Shown piece by piece: positions 55,062 to 61,100 of a stretch of 64,000 nt of DNA (its first letter is position 1; the number at the start of each line of letters is the position of its first letter). The position numbers and the translations under genes are program-made. The notes under the pieces are model-generated. The model did not search any database and had not been told where the DNA came from. It was given only the letters and a program-made list of their open reading frames with translations. The stretch spans positions 35,595-99,594 of the forward strand of contig JAKALS010000002.1 of NCBI GenBank assembly GCA_021813145.1, given 5' to 3'. Source of the stretch: a bacterium (GTDB lineage: Bacteria; Patescibacteriota; Microgenomatia; Levybacterales; UBA12049).

Positions 55062-55094
55062 CGGGGAGAGCCCTGAAACATTTTGCTCTCCCCG
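55062..55094. other. GC-rich 10-bp inverted repeat CGGGGAGAGC-(13 nt)-GCTCTCCCCG downstream of the 55117..55623 gene
   Basis: Seen in sequence. A strong stem in an AT-rich background. No adjacent U-tract. Confidence 0.3.
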
Positions 55095-55116
55095 CGGACC
55101 GGAAAAGAATTACCTA

Positions 55117-55623
55117 TTAAGGAGTAGGCACGTTGAACATATTGGTGTTAACAACATTGCTTACAACCGAATAGGATGTAGCGGAACCGGTATGAACTGG
55201 AGACTGATAAATAGACGCTCCATAGTGTCCGGTTACCCCGTTATAGCCCGTATTGGACGATGTATTAACATTATTGGACACTGTACCCGAATTTGACAGG
55301 TCAAAATCCAAGAAGTGTACACCGCTGAGGCTTAAACTGCCGGTCGATTGATTCCAGTTAAGCTGGGTTTGAACATTGGCGCTCGAAAGAGCATTGCCGG
55401 ACGTAAGAGAACTGTTCGTTACTCCTCCGTCTTCGCCCCATGCAGTTAAACCGTTATATCCAGTATTAGAGCTTGTATTTACAGAATTACTGACCGTTCC
55501 TGAATTTGAAATATTGACGAAAGCTTTTGGACCTTCATACCACGCAAAAGCCGGAACCGATGTTGCTAAAAGTAATGCTGCTGCTGCTCCTGTTGCTGCT
55601 AATTTTTTGAACATTTTATTCAC
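55117..55623 (-). CDS. Small secreted protein with an internal tandem duplication
   Basis: Signal peptide ending ...VPAFA. About 24-aa block SNSGTVSN(S/N)VNTSSNTGYNG(L/V)T occurs twice. Confidence 0.55.
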   Translation of the reverse strand: MNKMFKKLAATGAAAALLLATSVPAFAWYEGPKAFVNISNSGTVSNSVNTSSNTGYNGLTAWGEDGGVTNSSLTSGNALSSANVQTQLNWNQSTGSLSLSGVHFLDFDLSNSGTVSNNVNTSSNTGYNGVTGHYGASIYQSPVHTGSATSYSVVSNVVNTNMFNVPTP

Positions 55624-55750
55624 CTCCTTCCCTACGTTGGATAGTTTGATATAGTTAATACTATATTCATTATCCGAGTGGAATTAATACTAAATTTATT
55701 TCATGATTAAAAAATAAAAGAATTGTAAGAAGTCTGTAAGAGACCGAAGA

Positions 55751-56158
55751 CTAAGCGTTACTCAAGGTAAAGAAGCTTAAAACTTTATCGAAGAAACCAA
55801 GCACCATGCTTTTGAATGCCGATACTATATTAAAATTTCTTGTTTCCGAAACGGTTATAGTTTTATTAGAAGGGATAGGAAGCTGAGGAGTAACTGTGGC
55901 CGAAGGAGTCGCTATTATTTTTGAACTTGTCGAACTTCCGTTTGATTTTACTTCTACTTTATAGGTCCCCGGACCGGTAGCATCAAGAGTTTTTGTTACC
56001 CTGTTTGCCGTAGTTTCTATATGGGTTTGCACATTCCCGCTTCCCTGTATTTCGGTTTGAACACTGGACCGAGCAGCCGAATTGCCGTTTGTTACTTCGG
56101 CCGAGGAAATTTGGGGGAATAAAAATACCATCACTGCCGTAAGTAAAAGATATTTCAT
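55751..56158 (-). CDS. Small secreted protein (signal peptide) with C-terminal MVLGFF segment
   Basis: Signal peptide FLFPQISSA. No homology recognised. Confidence 0.45.
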   Translation of the reverse strand: MKYLLLTAVMVFLFPQISSAEVTNGNSAARSSVQTEIQGSGNVQTHIETTANRVTKTLDATGPGTYKVEVKSNGSSTSSKIIATPSATVTPQLPIPSNKTITVSETRNFNIVSAFKSMVLGFFDKVLSFFTLSNA

Positions 56159-56304
56159 AAGCTCCTTTTACTTCTAAACAATAAATTTGTCAAGTTTTAC
56201 AAAAGGACCGAACCCAAAAATAAAACCGAAAGCACAATAATAATTATCAACATAGAAAACAGTTTCATCTTTCTTTTTTACTCTTATTAAAAACTTTTGT
56301 CAAA

Positions 56305-56922
56305 TTACTTTTGGGGAATTGCAGTAACAATAAGACGTTTTTCATCGTAAAATCCGGTACATGTATAAAGGGTAAGGGTGTCTGTTCTTGTCGGAGCAAT
56401 TACATCTGTCTGGTTTGGGTAGACTGCTGTAATTTTATTCACTTTATATCTGTACCATTTGTTTTTTGTAAAAATATAAATAATATCTCCTGTTTTTACG
56501 TCTTTAAGGTTGTAGAAAAGCCCCTGTCTTGCATGGGCAAAAATTACAGTGTTCCCCGCAGTCCCGGGATGGCCGCTCCCCAGCCCGTAAGAAGCCGTAT
56601 TATCCGAAAGTTCCCAATATCCGTTAACTACTTTTGCGTCAACTACGGGAAGGTCGATTTCTACCGAAGGAATTAAAATTCTTACCGGATCGCTTTGAAC
56701 AGACTGCTCTGCCAAAAGCTTCGGAGAAATTTTAATGGGATTAGTCGTATTGCTTTGGCTAGTAGTGTAATAAGAAGACCCAACAAGAATTGCAAGCGCT
56801 GCAATAAGAAAAACGAGACTTAAAATTTTGTATTTTAAGGGGTTTTGCTGTTTGGTTCTTTTCCCGGATTTTTTAGGAGTTTTTTTAACTTTTTTCTTAG
56901 GCATTCTTTTTAAATAAGGCAA
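56305..56922 (-). CDS. Sortase (membrane-anchored transpeptidase)
   Basis: Basic N-terminus plus a TM helix. Catalytic His region TVIFAHARQG. Catalytic Cys/Arg in DTLTLYTCTGFYDEKRLIV (TLxTC...R). Overlaps the upstream 56897..58117 gene by 26 nt. Confidence 0.8.
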   Translation of the reverse strand: MPYLKRMPKKKVKKTPKKSGKRTKQQNPLKYKILSLVFLIAALAILVGSSYYTTSQSNTTNPIKISPKLLAEQSVQSDPVRILIPSVEIDLPVVDAKVVNGYWELSDNTASYGLGSGHPGTAGNTVIFAHARQGLFYNLKDVKTGDIIYIFTKNKWYRYKVNKITAVYPNQTDVIAPTRTDTLTLYTCTGFYDEKRLIVTAIPQK

Positions 56923-58117
56923 ATCCCGTAATGCTTAAGATTAAAGAAGCGAATATCTGCAACGCAAAAAGATTATTTGTATCCCCTGCCGTATAGGAAA
57001 GGCCTAAAACACCGGGCCCAGTCGAAGCTCCCAGGACCGCCTGGGTAGGGCCTCCTGTTCCCCCCACTGTTACAGGTCCAACAGCATCTCCGGGCATACA
57101 TCCGTTAACCGCATTTACCCAGAAATAATATTTAGTGACCGAAAGACCCGAAATTGTATAGCTTGTTACATTTCCCGTACTTGATACTCCCCATTTCTTT
57201 GTTCCTGGATCATCGGAATAAGATATGGAATAATCTGTTACAGGCCCCGAAGGAGCCGCCCATGTTAATGTTACCTGACCTGCGCCCGGCCCCGATACTG
57301 CCGTTACATTAGTAGGGGCTCCGGGTTTTTGATCTGAGCATACAGGAGGATTCGAGCTTCCTCCCCCGCCTCCCCCATTACTTCCCCCACCTCCGGGTGT
57401 AGAAGTAGGAACGGGCGTAGGCGTTGAAGTTGGTATGGGTGAAGTTGTTTCCTCGGGCTGGCAATCCTGGTTAGTTTCACAATTACTCTCTCCCACACCG
57501 GGGAATTTCACGCATTGGTAATCATTATTGCAAGAATCGTAATAAGCTTCCGTCTGGCAATCCTGATCGACCTCACAATTACTTTGTTTTATACCCTCAT
57601 GCTTTATGCATTGCCTATCTTCATTGCATGTATAGTAGTAATGAGGTGTCGGAGTTGAAGTCGGTGAGCAGGTCGGGGAAGAACTCGGGCTAGGATTCGG
57701 ACATTCTACCCAGAACTCCTTGTGTTTAACATTTTGCTCGTTACTGCCTTCCCAATTAAGGCGGTAGTGTCCGTTAGACAATGAATAATCTTGTGTCTTA
57801 TAGAACCCGGATGGACTTGTGTTATATGTTCCTGACTCAACTTGTGACCCGTTTCCGGTAGGCTGCCAGGAAAGGATTTCCCATGTGCCTGATTGAGAAG
57901 GATCAGCAAAATAAAAGGCTATATAGAAAGTGCAAACGTGCGGATCGTTATCGGGGAGATCAATTCCTGCGCTAACATCATGAATTTTAACCGTCCCATT
58001 ATTTCCATTATCAGCTTTTGCGATTAGAGGATTTAAAGCCAGAATAAATAATGCCAAAGTAAAAAAAGCAGTTAGTAGAATCAATCCCTGTGCTTTCATA
58101 AAATTCTTGATTTTCAT
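56897..58117 (-). CDS. Secreted surface protein: Cys-rich tandem repeats, poly-Gly linker, FN3-like domain, AVLGA/GVLGL motifs, TM helix, KKNA tail
   Basis: Signal peptide. Two roughly 32-aa CxxxxQC...NCExxQDC repeats. GGGGSNGGGGGGSS linker. C-terminal ...TQAVLGASTGPGVLGLSYTAGDTNNLFALQIFASLILSITGFALFKKNA. Confidence 0.65.
   Translation of the reverse strand: MKIKNFMKAQGLILLTAFFTLALFILALNPLIAKADNGNNGTVKIHDVSAGIDLPDNDPHVCTFYIAFYFADPSQSGTWEILSWQPTGNGSQVESGTYNTSPSGFYKTQDYSLSNGHYRLNWEGSNEQNVKHKEFWVECPNPSPSSSPTCSPTSTPTPHYYYTCNEDRQCIKHEGIKQSNCEVDQDCQTEAYYDSCNNDYQCVKFPGVGESNCETNQDCQPEETTSPIPTSTPTPVPTSTPGGGGSNGGGGGGSSNPPVCSDQKPGAPTNVTAVSGPGAGQVTLTWAAPSGPVTDYSISYSDDPGTKKWGVSSTGNVTSYTISGLSVTKYYFWVNAVNGCMPGDAVGPVTVGGTGGPTQAVLGASTGPGVLGLSYTAGDTNNLFALQIFASLILSITGFALFKKNA
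57450..57660. repeat. Tandem duplication of about 95 bp (Cys-rich module) inside the 56897..58117 gene
   Basis: ctggcaatcctg recurs at 57458 and 57553. The encoded repeats are YYTCNEDRQC... and YYDSCNNDYQC... Confidence 0.55.
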
Positions 58118-58147
58118 ATTTAGGGGACAGTTAGAGGCAGCTAAGTT

Positions 58148-61100
58148 CTACTGCCTTCTTAGATACTTTCTTAATAAAATTCCGCTTAGTAATACAAATA
58201 GAAGTACTACAAATGCCCAGCCTATCGAAGCCATGCTAATACCCTTTGTCAGCAATGCAGGTTTTTGCGAAGGAGTTGGCGTAGATGAAGGTTTAGCACT
58301 TTCTGTTGCCGCACCCAAAACTTCCTGTCCGGGTGCAGTTTCTTGAAGAGTCGGTTCTGCATTTTCGGAAGTATTGGCTCCTAAAACTCCCTGTATTGTA
58401 TTTGCAGCCAAAACCGATGGACCTGCCGAAGGCGCTCCTCCGCCTCCTGATGAGCCTCCGTCGGATCTCCCGTCTCCGGGAAGTCCAAAAATATAATAAG
58501 TAGAAAAAGCTGTTTCGTTTCCAACCGCTTCGGGAGATCCCGCCGAAATAGTTCTGTAATAATAATCCTGATTTACGGTTAAACCGTTTACTGTTACAGA
58601 ATGACTAGTAACTTTATTAGTATCTTCTACCGTTGAATAGGCATAACCGTAATTCGGAGCGCTTCCCAATGTGGGATGGGAAACTGTATCGTAGACTACC
58701 CTGCTTGTTGCAGGGAAATTAGTTGCCCATGTTATTAATACCGAGTTATCTCCTGTACGTACAATCTTTTGGTCGGAAATAATAGGAGGAACATTGTAAA
58801 CTCCACTAAAGGTTGTGCTGTTGCCGGCATTATCGTATGCAATTGCATTTATCGTAAGGTCGCGGTCAACAACAATGGGCGAAGAATATAAAACTTTTGT
58901 TGCGGAAGTTGCAGGATTTGTTCCGTCGGTTGTATAGTAGACATCTTTTACTCCGCTTAAATTATCGGTAGCAATTAGAGCAACATTTGTCGGATTATCC
59001 GGCTGATCTCCAGGCAACGGATTCGCAGTCAAGGCGGGAGCAGTTGCATCATATACATAATGCACAGGAGCGCTCCATGCCCCGACATTACCTGCGTTGT
59101 CAACGGCCCTTACATAAATCGTAACTCCGCCTTGTTCATTTAATCCGGGAACATGTCCTCTAGAGGTTACATTTCCGGCTACATCACGGCATCCGCCATT
59201 TGGTAAGTCCGAGCATGTACTCCCGGAAAAAGTGTGATGGTCATCGTAGACGTATCCTACTTGATACTTAGCAATTCCGCTGGTATCCGTAACCGCTGTC
59301 CAATTGGCAGTAATTGGTATTGAATTAAAGTAGTCTCCATTACTTGGAGACGTGATTGTAGGCGCTGATGGAGCTGTCCAATCAACTGTATATGTACAAC
59401 TGTTATTAATACCCTCGCTGCCACCAAACCAAGCTGATTTATTTCCTGCTTTATCAACTGCCCTTACTTGAACTCCATAGGTTCCTTGCACAGGCACCGT
59501 CCACCAGGAAGCATTGAAGTATGGAGTCGTAAAAGTTCGAATAGGACCAACGCTTCCATCAGCATTAAAAGAGACATATTCATAATGATCGAAATCCGCC
59601 TCGGTATTAGCATTCCAATACACATCAAAATTCCTTGCAGATGTTATTCCTCCACAAGCAACATCTTTATTATTTACAGTATCTTTGAAATAAATTCCTG
59701 TTGGAACAGCCGGAGCCGTGCTATCTATATTTACCGCCCATGGACCTGACCAATTACTGCAGTTTCCAACACTATCACAAGCTCTAACTTGCCAATAATA
59801 CAAATGGTCACTGGAGCCGGAAGCATCAATTTGAGACGCTGTTCCCGTATTTTTATTATATATAGGTGAAACGAAACCATTACCAGCACCTACCGCAGAA
59901 CTATAAGAAGACTGATAGTAGTAAGTAACGGGTAAGCTGGGATCAGTGACATCCGACCAATCCAAAATCAAACCTCCCGGTTTTACAAAAGCGCCGTTTG
60001 CGGGACTTACTAGTGTCGGAACATTTGGAGCAGTTTTATCAATTGTAAATTTATATTCTGTCGAATTCCCAGCCTTGTCTACTACTACCATTCGATAACT
60101 ATCATCGGCTAGCCAAAAAAGACCAAACCACTCACCTGTATAAATCTTAAATGGACTGGATTCACCTTCTCTATATAATTCAGTTTGTAAATAATTAGTG
60201 TCAATTGCATGAACATTAATGTTTGTACTGCCGTTATATAGGGCTTTTGGAGCAACGCCGTCTATAGTGGCTGTTGGAGCTGTTCGGTCGACATAGATTG
60301 TGCGAATAGCATTTACACTCCAATTCAAAGCCATATCTTGGGCACCTACTTGGACATAGTATTTTCCATCCGACAAATTACTAGGCAAGTGCACTTTGCA
60401 AATTCCGGAATCACTCGTACCACTTTCATTTGAATTGTTATAACATGTGGCAACCCAATGGTTTGAATGCGAAGAATCAGTATCATAAAAGCTAACATTG
60501 ACGCTTTTTAGCGCTACATTATCACTTGCTGTGTAACCAACATCGAAGTTACTGTTAACATATGCATTGTTGGCTGGTGTGGGCAAAGTAAAGGACACCG
60601 TGGGTTTGGTGGTATCTGGTCCATTACAGAGTCCATTAAGATCCGGAGTAGTCAACCAGGTTGAGAAATCAACATTAGTACTAACCTTATCTCCAGAACC
60701 AGGCCCCACCGGTCCTGGACCCGTTGCGCTTCCCCACCAATTGCAGGTTGCTTTGACTAATGGGTTAGAGTTGTCATTCTGAACACCGATTGGATTTCCG
60801 GTAATTTGATTACGGTTAACAACAACCTGATCAGATATAGTATTCACAGGTACTAGAATTCCCGCATTCGCCATATTTGTAATTATATTGTTGAGCACTT
60901 GAATATTTTGGTTTAATCCAGTACCGAAGTCATTAGATAGACGAACCCCTCTATAGCCATTATCAAGATTGTTATTTTGAATAGTAACGCCATTATTACC
61001 AAGTCCTACGAAAATTGTCGAACTTTGATTAAAACCCGATCCTGTGTTGGTGGAGGTATTTTCACTTACATTTACGGTAGTGTTATTAACTAGAACTACG

